Assembly: GCA_030040625.1 (NCBI GenBank)
Contig: JASHTI010000044.1
Location: 1 to 34,380, forward strand
Source of the DNA: Thermoplasmata archaeon
GTDB taxonomy: Archaea > Thermoplasmatota > Thermoplasmata > Lutacidiplasmatales > UBA184
DNA length: 34,380 nucleotides
Direction: 5' to 3'
Shown: piece after piece, positions 25,065-34,287 of the stretch
Numbering within the stretch: the stretch's first letter is position 1
Layout: every line of letters begins with the position of its first letter
Notes under the pieces: model-generated
Databases searched by the model: none
The model's input: only the letters and a program-made list of their open reading frames with translations
What the model was told of the DNA's origin: nothing
Program-made: the position numbers and the translations under genes

Positions 25065-25673
25065 ATGCCGCGCACCCGGGGCCCCGCTGGCGAACGCGCG
25101 CCGCCGCGGCTGCGGAGCGAAGGCGCGTTCCTGCGGGACGGCACCGAGGTCTGGGTACGGCCGATCCAGCCCTCCGACCGCGACATGGTCCACGAGCTCG
25201 TCGCGTCGGAGACGGTCGACACGCTCGAGTCGCGGTTCTTCGGAGCGGTGCGGCCGGAGGTCGCCGAGGAGGAGATCGCACGGCCCTGCGGCGACGATCG
25301 GCTCTGCCTGCTCGTGCTCGGAGATCGGGCCGGGCGTCCGGGGATCCTCGGCGTCGGCGAGTACGTCACCACGCCCGGGGCCGTGGCAACGGTCGAGGTC
25401 GACTTCCTGGTCGCGACGCCGTTCCGTCGCCGCGGGATCGCGACGCTCCTCCTTCACCGGCTCGGGCGCGCCGCCGCGGAGTCCGGCATCGCCCGGTGCA
25501 CGGCGCGGGTCCGGCCGGAGAACCTCGAGATGCTCGGCGTCTTCCGGCGGAGTGGCTGGCCGGAGCGCGAGCGGACGGAGGCCGGCGAGGTTCTGGTCGA
25601 CCTGGCGCTTCCCGCGGCGTCGGGGCCTCCGCGCGCCGGCCGTGGCCCCCCCATGGTCGCCGCGGGCGGATGA
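25065..25673 (+). CDS. Stand-alone GNAT acetyltransferase of the Pat (protein lysine acetyltransferase) type
   Basis: 'LRDGTEVWVRPIQPSD...ESRFFG', acetyl-CoA motif A 'FRRRGIATLLL', 'ENLEMLGVF'. Start uncertain. Confidence 0.82.
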   Translation: MPRTRGPAGERAPPRLRSEGAFLRDGTEVWVRPIQPSDRDMVHELVASETVDTLESRFFGAVRPEVAEEEIARPCGDDRLCLLVLGDRAGRPGILGVGEYVTTPGAVATVEVDFLVATPFRRRGIATLLLHRLGRAAAESGIARCTARVRPENLEMLGVFRRSGWPERERTEAGEVLVDLALPAASGPPRAGRGPPMVAAGG

Positions 25674-26726
25674 CTAGGCGCGATCCGGTTCGGACCGCTC
25701 GTGGGCCACGGCCGCGGCGAGCGAGGCGCCCGGTCGGGCGAGCGCGTCGATCTCGCTCAGCCAAAGGAGCGCCTCGCGCCCCTTCGGCGTGATCCGGTAG
25801 CTCTCCTGGTCGTGGAGGAGAAGTCCGTCGTCGACCAGACGGCGGAGGTGGAAGGCGAGCTTGGGGGAGTCCTCCAGATCCGCGGCCTTGAGGGCCTCCG
25901 TGAACGAACAGGGGCCGTCGAACGCACGGCGAAGCACCGCGCGTCGGATCGGGTTGCCGAGGGTCTCCAGGGTCTGGTGGGTCGCCGGACCGGCCACAGC
26001 GGCCCGGAGGTCGCGGACGGCGCTCGCGGAGGTCCGGCGGGGATCGAAGGTGACGACGAGGGGACCGTGCCCCTCGAGCCGGCTCCGGAGATCCGAGAGG
26101 AAGGCGAGGATGTCCGCGCGCCGGTGGTGCGCAAGGAGCCGGTCGGCGTCCTCCAGGATGACCCCGGCGCGCGGGTGCTGGGTGAGGAAATCGGCGACCT
26201 GCGCCCGGATCGCGGCCGGGTTCTCGAGGTCGGGCGCCGCCACGCTGACGCCCGGAGCGGCCCGCACGGCGCGGGTCGTGAGATGGAGGACGGCCGTCCC
26301 CTCCTGGCGCGCCCACGCCCGGGCCAGCGCCTCCGGAGTCGGGGGGTTTGCGCCCCCGGCCGCGAAGCGCGCCTCCTGCTCGATCTCCTCGAGCACCTTG
26401 CGGACCTGCCCGATCTGGAACGGCTTCTGGACATACTCCGCCGCGCCGGCCTTCATCGCGGCGACGGCCGTCTCGACCGTCGCGAAGCCGGTGACCATCA
26501 CCACCGGCGTCGACGGGTAGTGCGCTCGGACCTCGCGCAGGAGGTCGAGGCCCCCCTGGCGGGGCATGCGCAGGTCCGAGAGGACGACGTCGAACTCGTC
26601 GTGGGCCAGCTCTTCCAGCGCCTTCGGCACGGACGGGCTCGCCGTCACCTCGTGCCGGTCGTCCCGCAGGAGCTCGGCGAGCTCCTCGCGGAAGACGCGA
26701 TCGTCGTCGACGATGAGGATGCGCAC
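25674..26726 (-). CDS. Response regulator: REC + DUF835-like domain + ArsR-like winged HTH
   Basis: ILIVDDD, VLSDLRMP (phospho-Asp), VTG, QKPF; middle 'GVILEDADRLL...FLSDL...LVVTFDP'; C-terminal 'LGNPIRRAVL...SFTE...SPKLAFHLRRLVDDGLL...YRITPKG'. GTG start at 26726. Confidence 0.88.
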   Translation of the reverse strand: MRILIVDDDRVFREELAELLRDDRHEVTASPSVPKALEELAHDEFDVVLSDLRMPRQGGLDLLREVRAHYPSTPVVMVTGFATVETAVAAMKAGAAEYVQKPFQIGQVRKVLEEIEQEARFAAGGANPPTPEALARAWARQEGTAVLHLTTRAVRAAPGVSVAAPDLENPAAIRAQVADFLTQHPRAGVILEDADRLLAHHRRADILAFLSDLRSRLEGHGPLVVTFDPRRTSASAVRDLRAAVAGPATHQTLETLGNPIRRAVLRRAFDGPCSFTEALKAADLEDSPKLAFHLRRLVDDGLLLHDQESYRITPKGREALLWLSEIDALARPGASLAAAVAHERSEPDRA

Positions 26727-26734
26727 GGGTCGGC

Positions 26735-28243
26735 CTACGCGGAATCTCGGTCTTGAGGTTTCGCGCGGGGCGCGGCCGCGGGGGCTTCCGCCGCCGGCGG
26801 CAGCGCCGGCGCCAAGGGCAGCTCGAGCCGGAGCCGGGCTCCGCCCTCCGCGGCGACTCCCGCCTCGATCGTCCCCCCGTGCGCCTGCAGGATCCCGAGG
26901 CAGATCGCGAGCCCGAGACCGGTGCCGCGGCCCTCGCCCTTCGTCGTGAAGAACGGCTCGAAGATGCGCGGAAGCGACTCCCGCGGGATCCCGGGGCCGG
27001 AGTCGCGGACCTCCGCCTCGGCGCGGTCCTCGGCCGACCGCAGCTCGACGACGATCCGACCGGCCGGTCGTTGCCCCAGCGCGTCGTAGGCGTTGAGCAG
27101 GAGGTTGGTGAAGACCTGCCGGAGCTGGCCGCGATCGCCCAGGACCGTGATCGGGACGTCCGGGTAGCGCTCCTCGACGTCCACGTTCTCGGGCCGCTTG
27201 CCCCGGACGAACGCCACCGACTCGCGCGCCACGTCCCGGAGATCGAGGCGGACGGTCTGCGGTTCCGTGCGCCGGGCGAAGTCGAGCAGTCCCCGGACGA
27301 TCCGCGCGGCGACGTCGACCTGGTCGGCGATCGTCTCGGCTCGGCCCCGCGTCCAGGGATCCGGGGCCCGCCGTCGAAGGCTCTCCGCGACCAGCGAGAT
27401 GTTCGCGAGCGGCGTGTTGATCTCGTGGGCGACGCCGGCGGCGAGCTGGCCGAGGGACGTCAGCCGGTCCGAGTGCGCGGCCGCTCGCTCCCACGCCTTC
27501 TGCTCGGTCAGGTCCACCGCGACGCCGAGGTAGTGGGTGGTCGTGCCGGCAGCGTCCCGGATGGAGGAGATGGCGAGGAAGACCGGGTGCTCCCGCCCCC
27601 AGCGGTCGCGGTTGACGATCTCCCCGGCCCAGTGGCCCCCGGCGGGGTCCAGGAGCTGGGCCCACATCCGCGCGTAGACCTCCTTGGGCGTCCGCCGGCT
27701 CCGGACGAGGTTCGGCTTCCGCCCGATGCACTCCGCCCGGCGGTAGCCGTAGGTCCGCTCGAAGGCGGGATTGACGTCGACCAGGACACCGTCGCGATCG
27801 GTGAGCTCGATCGCGTTGGTCGAGCTCAGGAAGGCGGCGTAGTGCATCCGGTCCCGCTCCTCCTCCCTCCGCCGCTCCGTGACGTCGACGAGGACGACGA
27901 TGAGCCGGGGCGCACGGGCGTCCAGGGCGACGACGCCGACGCTCGCGTCCAGCACCCGCGCTGCCCGGCCGGGACCTCGCGGGACGACGAGCCCGGCCAC
28001 CGACCACGAACGGCCGGGCGTCGCTCCCGGGAGCGCGGCGAGGCCCGCCGCGATCGCCGCCCCCATCGGACCCTCGGCCAGGAAGGGATCGTCGCGGTAG
28101 GTCGGCGCCGGGTCGCCGCGCTCCGCGCTCCAGTCGCGGTAGGTGGTGTTCGTCCAGGCGACCGCCCCGCTCGCCTCGATCAGGGCCAGGCCCACCGGCG
28201 CACCATCGAGCGCGGCGGCCAGCGCACGGATCGTCTCGGGCAT
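26735..28243 (-). CDS. Cytoplasmic PAS-PAS sensor histidine kinase (NtrB-like)
   Basis: H-box LAAGVAHEINTPL, N-box QVFTNLLLNAYDA, DSGPGI, IFEPFFTTK, GTGLGL; two PAS domains, no TM. Start 28243 or 28336. Confidence 0.93.
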   Translation of the reverse strand: MPETIRALAAALDGAPVGLALIEASGAVAWTNTTYRDWSAERGDPAPTYRDDPFLAEGPMGAAIAAGLAALPGATPGRSWSVAGLVVPRGPGRAARVLDASVGVVALDARAPRLIVVLVDVTERRREEERDRMHYAAFLSSTNAIELTDRDGVLVDVNPAFERTYGYRRAECIGRKPNLVRSRRTPKEVYARMWAQLLDPAGGHWAGEIVNRDRWGREHPVFLAISSIRDAAGTTTHYLGVAVDLTEQKAWERAAAHSDRLTSLGQLAAGVAHEINTPLANISLVAESLRRRAPDPWTRGRAETIADQVDVAARIVRGLLDFARRTEPQTVRLDLRDVARESVAFVRGKRPENVDVEERYPDVPITVLGDRGQLRQVFTNLLLNAYDALGQRPAGRIVVELRSAEDRAEAEVRDSGPGIPRESLPRIFEPFFTTKGEGRGTGLGLAICLGILQAHGGTIEAGVAAEGGARLRLELPLAPALPPAAEAPAAAPRAKPQDRDSA

Positions 28244-28362
28244 GCCGGACTCCCGACCGGAGCGGAGAGCCTTCCGGACCTCAAAGCCTCCGGCGGTCCC
28301 CGGGGCCTCGTCAACCCCGCTCGACCTATCCCTCATCGGCTCCCGGCCGAGCTAGCCCGGGT

Positions 28363-28728
28363 GTGGGGCCCGAGGTGCTGGTCGTCGACGAGGCCGCGAG
28401 TCTGGGCTCGGCCGTGGTGGCCCTCCTCGAGGTCGAGGGGCTCCGCGTCCGGCGATTCCCGGACCTGGCGGCCGCCGAGGCCCACCAGCAGGGTGCGGGG
28501 GGCCCGCTCCCCGTCCTCGTCGTCGCCTCCAACGCCCACCAGAGCCCCAGCCTGACGCGGTGGCCGCAGGGGTCGCTCCGCGACGCGAAGCTGGTCATCG
28601 TCGGCACGCGGGATCCGACGCTCACCTCCCACGGCGCGCTGCACGTCATCCGCCTCCCGCTCGACCCCGGCCGGCTGCTGGAGCTGGTCCGACAACTCGC
28701 CCGAGCCGACCCGCCGTCCGGTCCGTGA
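28363..28728 (+). CDS. Degenerate stand-alone receiver-like (pseudo-receiver) protein
   Basis: 'EVLVVDE....LLEVEG.RV', beta3 'VLVVAS' without Asp, 'IRLPLDPGRLLELV' in place of KP. Confidence 0.65.
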   Translation: MGPEVLVVDEAASLGSAVVALLEVEGLRVRRFPDLAAAEAHQQGAGGPLPVLVVASNAHQSPSLTRWPQGSLRDAKLVIVGTRDPTLTSHGALHVIRLPLDPGRLLELVRQLARADPPSGP

Positions 28729-28752
28729 GCGCGACGCCGGCCCGCGCCGCTC

Positions 28753-29682
28753 CTACGCCGTCAGGGGGATCGGCGGGGGGCGAGCGACCGCCGCGGTCTC
28801 GCGTTCGCGCCGGCAGAGCCGCTCCCAGCCGGCCCGGGCCTGGGCGCCCAGCTCGCGGATCTCGGCGTCCGTCCAGTGCCGGAAACGGCCCTGGGCCCGG
28901 ACGTACTCGTCGACCGGCTTGAGCGTACCGTACGGCCGCGTGATCCGATAGACGCCGTCCTCGACCTCGTACAGCGGGAAGAGGCCGGTCTCCGTGGCGA
29001 GACGCCCCAGCGCGATCGTCTCCTCGCTCGAGAAACGCCAGCCCGGCGGGCACGGCGCGAGGATGTGGAGGAACCTCGGCCCCCGCGCCGCGCGGGCCCG
29101 CTCCGCCTTGCGGACGAGATCCTCCGGGAACGCCGGGTTCGCGGTCGCGGCGTAGCTCGGGTGGTGCGCGAGGACGACCTCCATGATCTCCTTCTTCGGC
29201 TCGCGCTTGCCGCGCCGCGTCCCGGCGACCGGGGTCGTCGTCGTCCAGGCGCCCTGCGGCGTGGCGCCGCTGCGCTGCACGCCGGTGTTCATGTAGCCCT
29301 CGTTGTCGTACATCACGAAGATCGCGTCGGTCCGGCGTTCCAGCATCCCGCTGAGCGCCTGGAGGCCGATGTCGGCGGTCCCCCCGTCGCCGGCGAATCC
29401 CGCGACGGTCACGTCCGCGAGCCCCAGCGCGTCCGCCGCCGCGCGGAGACCGGCGAGCGACGCGCCCGTGGACTCGATCGGGTTGTCGAGGACCGCGACC
29501 GCCAGCGCCGTCGTCGGGAACGGCGTGGCGATGACGGTCCAGCAGCACGCCGGGATCGCCAGGATCGTTCGGGGCCCGAGCCCCTTGAGCAGCAGGCGCA
29601 TCGCCAGCGCCGGCCCGCAGCCGGGGCACGCGGCGTGGCCCCGGTACATCCACTCCTCGGCGGGCAGCGTGAGCTTAGCCAT
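28753..29682 (-). CDS. porB: Pyruvate/2-ketoisovalerate:ferredoxin oxidoreductase beta subunit
   Basis: HAACPGCG, TPP motif GDGGTADIG...DNEGYMNTG.QRS, PCP.GW; start ATG 29682. Confidence 0.93.
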   Translation of the reverse strand: MAKLTLPAEEWMYRGHAACPGCGPALAMRLLLKGLGPRTILAIPACCWTVIATPFPTTALAVAVLDNPIESTGASLAGLRAAADALGLADVTVAGFAGDGGTADIGLQALSGMLERRTDAIFVMYDNEGYMNTGVQRSGATPQGAWTTTTPVAGTRRGKREPKKEIMEVVLAHHPSYAATANPAFPEDLVRKAERARAARGPRFLHILAPCPPGWRFSSEETIALGRLATETGLFPLYEVEDGVYRITRPYGTLKPVDEYVRAQGRFRHWTDAEIRELGAQARAGWERLCRRERETAAVARPPPIPLTA

Positions 29683-30856
29683 GGACGTCGACCTCCAGGG
29701 GGGCGAGGTCCGCCCAGCGCGGCTCGGGATCGGCCGGCCCGAGGAGCTCCGCGAACATCCGTCGAATGTGGGCGGGGGTGACGTCCCGCCCACCCACGCC
29801 GGCCAGGAAGCCGGCGACGAGCGGTCGGTGGGGTCCCCGGTAGAGCGCCGCCTGCACCTCGGTCGCGGCCGCCCCCGAGGCACCGAAGGTGTACGAGCGG
29901 TCGACGACCCCGAGCCGGTCGACGGTCGCCGCGAGGCGACGCAGTTCCGTGTCCGGGAACGGTCGGAAGAGTCGGAGCTTGGCGAGACCCACGCGCTGGC
30001 CGGCCGCCCGGAGCTCGTCGACGACGGTCCGCGCGGTCGTGGTCATCGTACCCATCGTCACGAGCACCGCGTCCGCGCCCTCGGCGCGATAGGTCGGCAG
30101 CGCCCCCCCGTGCGAGCGGCCGGTGAGACGGCGGTACTCCTCCTCGACCTCCGGCAGGACCCGGGGCACCTGGGCGGAGGCCCGGGCGAGCTCGCGGCGG
30201 AACTCGACGTAACGGTCGGGCCCGGTGAACGAGCCGAGGCGACCAACGGTCCCCGGCACGAGGATCGCATGGCCGGTGCGGGGCGGCAGGAACCGGTCGA
30301 CGATCTCCGGCTCCGGAACGTCGACCGGCTCGACGGTGTGCGACAGGTAGAAGGCGTCCTCGCTGACCATCACCGGCAGCCGGACCTCGGCCGTCTCGGC
30401 CAGCCGGTAGGCGACCAGGACCGTGTCGAGGACCTCCTGGTTGCTCTCGGGATAGAACTGGATCCAGCCGGTGTCCCGCTGGCTCATCGTGTCCGTGTGG
30501 TCGGCGCCGATGTTCCAGGGCGGCGCCACGGCGCGGTTCACCACGCCCATGACGATCGGGGCGCGCAGTCCGGCCGCCCAGTGCAGCAGCTCGTGCATGA
30601 GCAGCAGGCCCTGGCTCGAGGTCGCCGTGTAGGTCCGCGCCCCGAGCGCCGAGGCGCTCACGACGGCCTGGAGCGCCGAGTGCTCGCTCTCGACCTCGAT
30701 GAGCTGGGCCTCCAGCGCGCCGGTGGCGACGAACTCCGCGAGCTTCTCGACGATCGTCGTCTGCGGGGTGATCGGGTAGGCCGAGATCACCTGGGCCCGG
30801 GCGAGCCGCACCGCGTGCGACTGCGCGTGGTTGCCGGAGAGGACCTCCCGCGTCAT
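29675..30856 (-). CDS. porA: Pyruvate/2-ketoisovalerate:ferredoxin oxidoreductase alpha subunit
   Basis: SGNHA, AYPITPQT, VESEHSA, TATSSQGL, NRA, RLFRPFP, GVGGRD; start ATG 30856. Confidence 0.94.
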   Translation of the reverse strand: MTREVLSGNHAQSHAVRLARAQVISAYPITPQTTIVEKLAEFVATGALEAQLIEVESEHSALQAVVSASALGARTYTATSSQGLLLMHELLHWAAGLRAPIVMGVVNRAVAPPWNIGADHTDTMSQRDTGWIQFYPESNQEVLDTVLVAYRLAETAEVRLPVMVSEDAFYLSHTVEPVDVPEPEIVDRFLPPRTGHAILVPGTVGRLGSFTGPDRYVEFRRELARASAQVPRVLPEVEEEYRRLTGRSHGGALPTYRAEGADAVLVTMGTMTTTARTVVDELRAAGQRVGLAKLRLFRPFPDTELRRLAATVDRLGVVDRSYTFGASGAAATEVQAALYRGPHRPLVAGFLAGVGGRDVTPAHIRRMFAELLGPADPEPRWADLAPLEVDVHG

Positions 30857-31719
30857 GGCCCCTCCGAGGCCGCGACCATCGCGATCGTGTGCGGCGGGCA
30901 GACCTCGGCGCATATCCCGCAGCCCTTGCAGGCGTCCAGCACGAGGACCGGGTAGCCGCGTCCGTCCAGCTCGATCGCGTCGTCCGGGCAGTACTTCCAG
31001 CAGAAGTTGCAGCGGGTGCACCGTCGCTCGTCGATCTCCGGGACGAGCGTCCGCCAGGAGCCCGTCCGGATCGAGCTGCTCGGGAGCCTGGCGAGCGGGC
31101 CCTCCGGGATCGGCACGGTCACCGCGAACGGTATCCGGGCCGCACCGTTCGCGCTTGGCGCGGCCGGGTCCCCGAGACGGACGGAGGCGAAGCCGTCGGT
31201 GGCCGCCGCCCGGTTCTCCGCGGGCGCCGCCGGCACGTAGCGGTCGATCGCCCGCCCGAGCGCCTCGAGGCTCACGACCCCGGTCACCCGGGCCAGGGCG
31301 CCAAGGATCGTCGTGTTGACGATCGGCATCGTCCGCGAGCCCAGCCCGTGGGCCAGGGCGATCGCCGTCGCGTCGACCGAAGCACGTCGGACCCCGTCGG
31401 GTGCCTCCAGCCGGGCCGGGGGCAGGGGGCTGTTCACGAGGAGGAGGCCGCCGGTGCGCAGTCCATCGCCGACCGAGGTCGTCCGAAGGAGGCCCGGCTC
31501 GAGCACCACCACCACGTCCGGGGTGACGATCGACGTCCGGACCCCGATGGGGCGGTCATCGACGCGGGCGTAGGCCGTCACCGGCGCCCCGCGGCGCTCC
31601 ACGCCGAAGAACGGGAAGCTCTGAGGCGAGCGGCCGTCCAGAAAGGCGGCCTGCGCGAGGAGCTCGGAAGCGAGGACCGCTCCCTGCCCGCCCCGGCCGT
31701 GGAATCGGATCTCGATCAT
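30853..31719 (-). CDS. porC: 2-oxoacid:ferredoxin oxidoreductase gamma-delta fusion
   Basis: [31 protein letters not shown], then [18 protein letters not shown] and [12 protein letters not shown]; GGTGA SD upstream of ATG 31719. Confidence 0.93.
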
Positions 31720-31720
31720 C

Positions 31721-32665
31721 TCACCCGCTCGATCCCCGTCCGGTCGCATGAACCGTCGGTGCATCCGGGTTGACCGACGGCCGCCGGGTGCGCTGGAGGA
31801 CCAGCAGCGCGGCGAGGATCAGGGCCAGGCCGATCACCTCCTCGGGCACGAACGGCTCTCCGAAGGCGACGACGCCGACCGCGAGGGCTACGACCGGGTT
31901 CAGGTACGTGACCTGGTTCGCGCCGACCGGCCCTCGGGTCCGGAGCAGGTCGAAGAAGATCGCGTAGCCGATCGCCATCGACACGACGCCGACGTAGAGG
32001 ACGGAACCGACGACCGGCGCGACGGCCGGAAGGCGCAGGTTCGGCTCGAGCACGGCGACGGCGGCGAGCGCCGCGGCGCCGCCGCCCAGGAATTGGAACG
32101 TCGCCCCCCAGAGACCCTCGCCCCGCGGCCGAAGCCGGACGAGCCCGACCGCTCCGGCGCCCTGGCACGTCGCCCCGAGCCCGAAGGCGACGAGCCCCCA
32201 GGGGCTCGTGACGGCGGCGCCTCCCGCCGCCAGCGCGAGGACGAGAACGCCGGCGAGGCCCAGGACGAGCGCGGCGGCGCCCCCGGGACCGATCCGCTCG
32301 CGGGCGCCGAGCAGGGCGGCGAAGCCGAGGCTCAGCATCGGCGAGGTGGCGTAGACGACGGAGGCAACGCCTCCGGTGGCGAACCGCTCCCCCCAGAACA
32401 GCGGCAGATTGATCCCGGCGATCAATAGCGCACCCACGCCGGCGGAGACCGCGAGGTCGGCGGCGGACGGGCGCGGTCCGCCGTACCGAGCCGCAACGGG
32501 CGCCGTCGCCACGGCGGCGACGGCGAAGTCGACGGTCACGAGGAGGAACGGGTTACCGCCGGCGGCGACGCCGAGCCGGCTCACCGGGAAGGTGATGCCC
32601 CAGAGGACCCCGAGCACGAGGAGGCGCACGAGCGGCGAGCCCGCCGTACGGACCGTGCCGGCCAT
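31721..32665 (-). CDS. DMT/EamA-family transporter
   Basis: LWGITF, 'YATSP', 'TYLNPVVA...GE'; ~10 TM; stop abuts the porCD start. Confidence 0.88.
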
Positions 32666-32842
32666 GGGAACCTGCCCCGTCGGGGTACCCGGCGAGGGCG
32701 GCTCATGAACGCGGGGTCCGCTGCGCTTGACCGCCGGCGGCATCTCGGGCGCCGTCGGCGCGGCCGGCCCCAGGCCCGTCGAGCCGGCTTGAGCCCGGGG
32801 CTATCGGTCGGCGGATCGACTCCGATCCCGGGTGAACCGCCG

Positions 32843-33397
32843 ATGGACCCGCGCTCGAAGGTCTCTGAGGTGATGTCCCGTCTGGTCGTCAGCGTGCGCC
32901 CGGAAGCACGCCTCGAGGAGGCGGCGCGGCTCCTGCGGGAGTACCACGTCTCAGGCCTGCCGGTCGTGACCCCACCGGAGCACCTGGTCGGCGTGCTCAG
33001 TGAGCGCGACATCGTGCGCTCCCTCAACCGCGGAACGGGGATCGAGAGTCCCCGCGGGATGCTGGACCTACTCCTCGGCTCGGCGCCGACCAAGGGTCGG
33101 AGCCTCCTGGACGTCTGCCGACGCCACCTGCGGCGGACCCGTGTCAGCGAGGCGATGAGCTACGGGGTCGTCACGGTCGAGCCGGAGTTCCCGATCGCCC
33201 GTGCCGCAGCGCTGATGCAACTTCACCAGGTCCACCGTCTGCCCGTGCTGGACCCGGCCGGGAGGCTCGTCGGCATCGTCACGCGGACCGACCTCCTCCG
33301 GGCGATCTCCGGCGAGACGCACGTCGCCCGGGGTGCGCTCCACCCCTCCCCGGCGGTACGGCCGACCATCGCCGCCGCGCCGTTCGGCGACGCGTAG
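32843..33397 (+). CDS. CBS-pair (Bateman) domain protein
   Basis: VSEVMS, VSGLPVV...LVGVLSERDI, VSEAMS, VHRLPVLD..GRLVGIVTRTDLL; GGTGA SD upstream of ATG 32843. Confidence 0.9.
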   Translation: MDPRSKVSEVMSRLVVSVRPEARLEEAARLLREYHVSGLPVVTPPEHLVGVLSERDIVRSLNRGTGIESPRGMLDLLLGSAPTKGRSLLDVCRRHLRRTRVSEAMSYGVVTVEPEFPIARAAALMQLHQVHRLPVLDPAGRLVGIVTRTDLLRAISGETHVARGALHPSPAVRPTIAAAPFGDA

Positions 33398-33539
33398 GGG
33401 CCCGCGGCCTTTCTCTCCGCGACCGCTCCTCGCGTCGGTCCGGCCCAGCGGGGACGCGCCCCCCTACGGACGGGGCGAGCGCGTTCACCGTCGCGCTCTC
33501 CGGAGCTACTTATCGCGGGGAGCCCTCGGGGGGCCCGCG

Positions 33540-34238
33540 ATGGCGGCGACGAGGCGCTCCCCGTCCCGCCCCCGCGGCGAGGCTCGGACCGATGCGCGCG
33601 AGTTCGAGGAGTGGGATGCCTGGTACGCCTCGCAGGACTATCGGAAGATGCCGTGGCACTCGCCGGGGCCATCGCCCTGGCTCGTCCGGGCCGTCCGGAC
33701 GCGGCGGATCCCGCCCGGGAGCTCGGTGCTCGACGTCGGCTGCGGTAGCGGCAGCAACAGTCTCTGGCTCCAGAAGCGGGGGTTCCGCGCGACCGGGATC
33801 GATGTCTCGCGAACGGTGATCGCCGTCGCTCAGCGGCGGGCGCGCGCGGCCGGGCTCACGCCCAACTTCCGCGTCGCGAACGCGGCCGCGCTACCATTCG
33901 CCGATCGCTCGTTCGGGGCGGCGCTGGACACCGGCTGCTTCCACTCGCTCCCGATCCGGCTCCGCCGGCGCTATGCCCGGGAGATCGCCCGGGTCCTCCG
34001 CGCCGGTAGCCCGCTCCTCCTCACCTGGATCCCCCGCGAGGTTCGGTCCGCCGTTGGACCGCCCCATCGCCCTTCGCTCACGGAAGTCGCCGCGGTCTTC
34101 GAGCCGTCGTTCCTCTTCGCGGCCGTCGAGCGGCACGAGGCGGGGTCCCGGGGCGGCTGGCTGGTCTGCGGAGAGCGCTGCGCCCGCAGTACCGCGCTGC
34201 TGATCCGCCGGCCGGGCCGAGCCCCGCCGTCTTGGTAG
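33540..34238 (+). CDS. Class I SAM-dependent methyltransferase
   Basis: 'W...Y......PW', VLDVGCGSG, GIDVS, ANAAALPF, DTGCFH; CTTATC box ~30 nt upstream of ATG 33540. Confidence 0.9.
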   Translation: MAATRRSPSRPRGEARTDAREFEEWDAWYASQDYRKMPWHSPGPSPWLVRAVRTRRIPPGSSVLDVGCGSGSNSLWLQKRGFRATGIDVSRTVIAVAQRRARAAGLTPNFRVANAAALPFADRSFGAALDTGCFHSLPIRLRRRYAREIARVLRAGSPLLLTWIPREVRSAVGPPHRPSLTEVAAVFEPSFLFAAVERHEAGSRGGWLVCGERCARSTALLIRRPGRAPPSW

Positions 34239-34271
34239 TCCGGGCGCCCCGGGGGAGCGTCACGCACGGAA

Positions 34272-34287
34272 CCCCCTGCAAAGGGGG
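34272..34287. other. Short hairpin with GNRA loop downstream of the methyltransferase gene
   Basis: CCCCCT GCAA AGGGGG, perfect 6-bp stem; probably lies between convergent genes. Confidence 0.35.
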
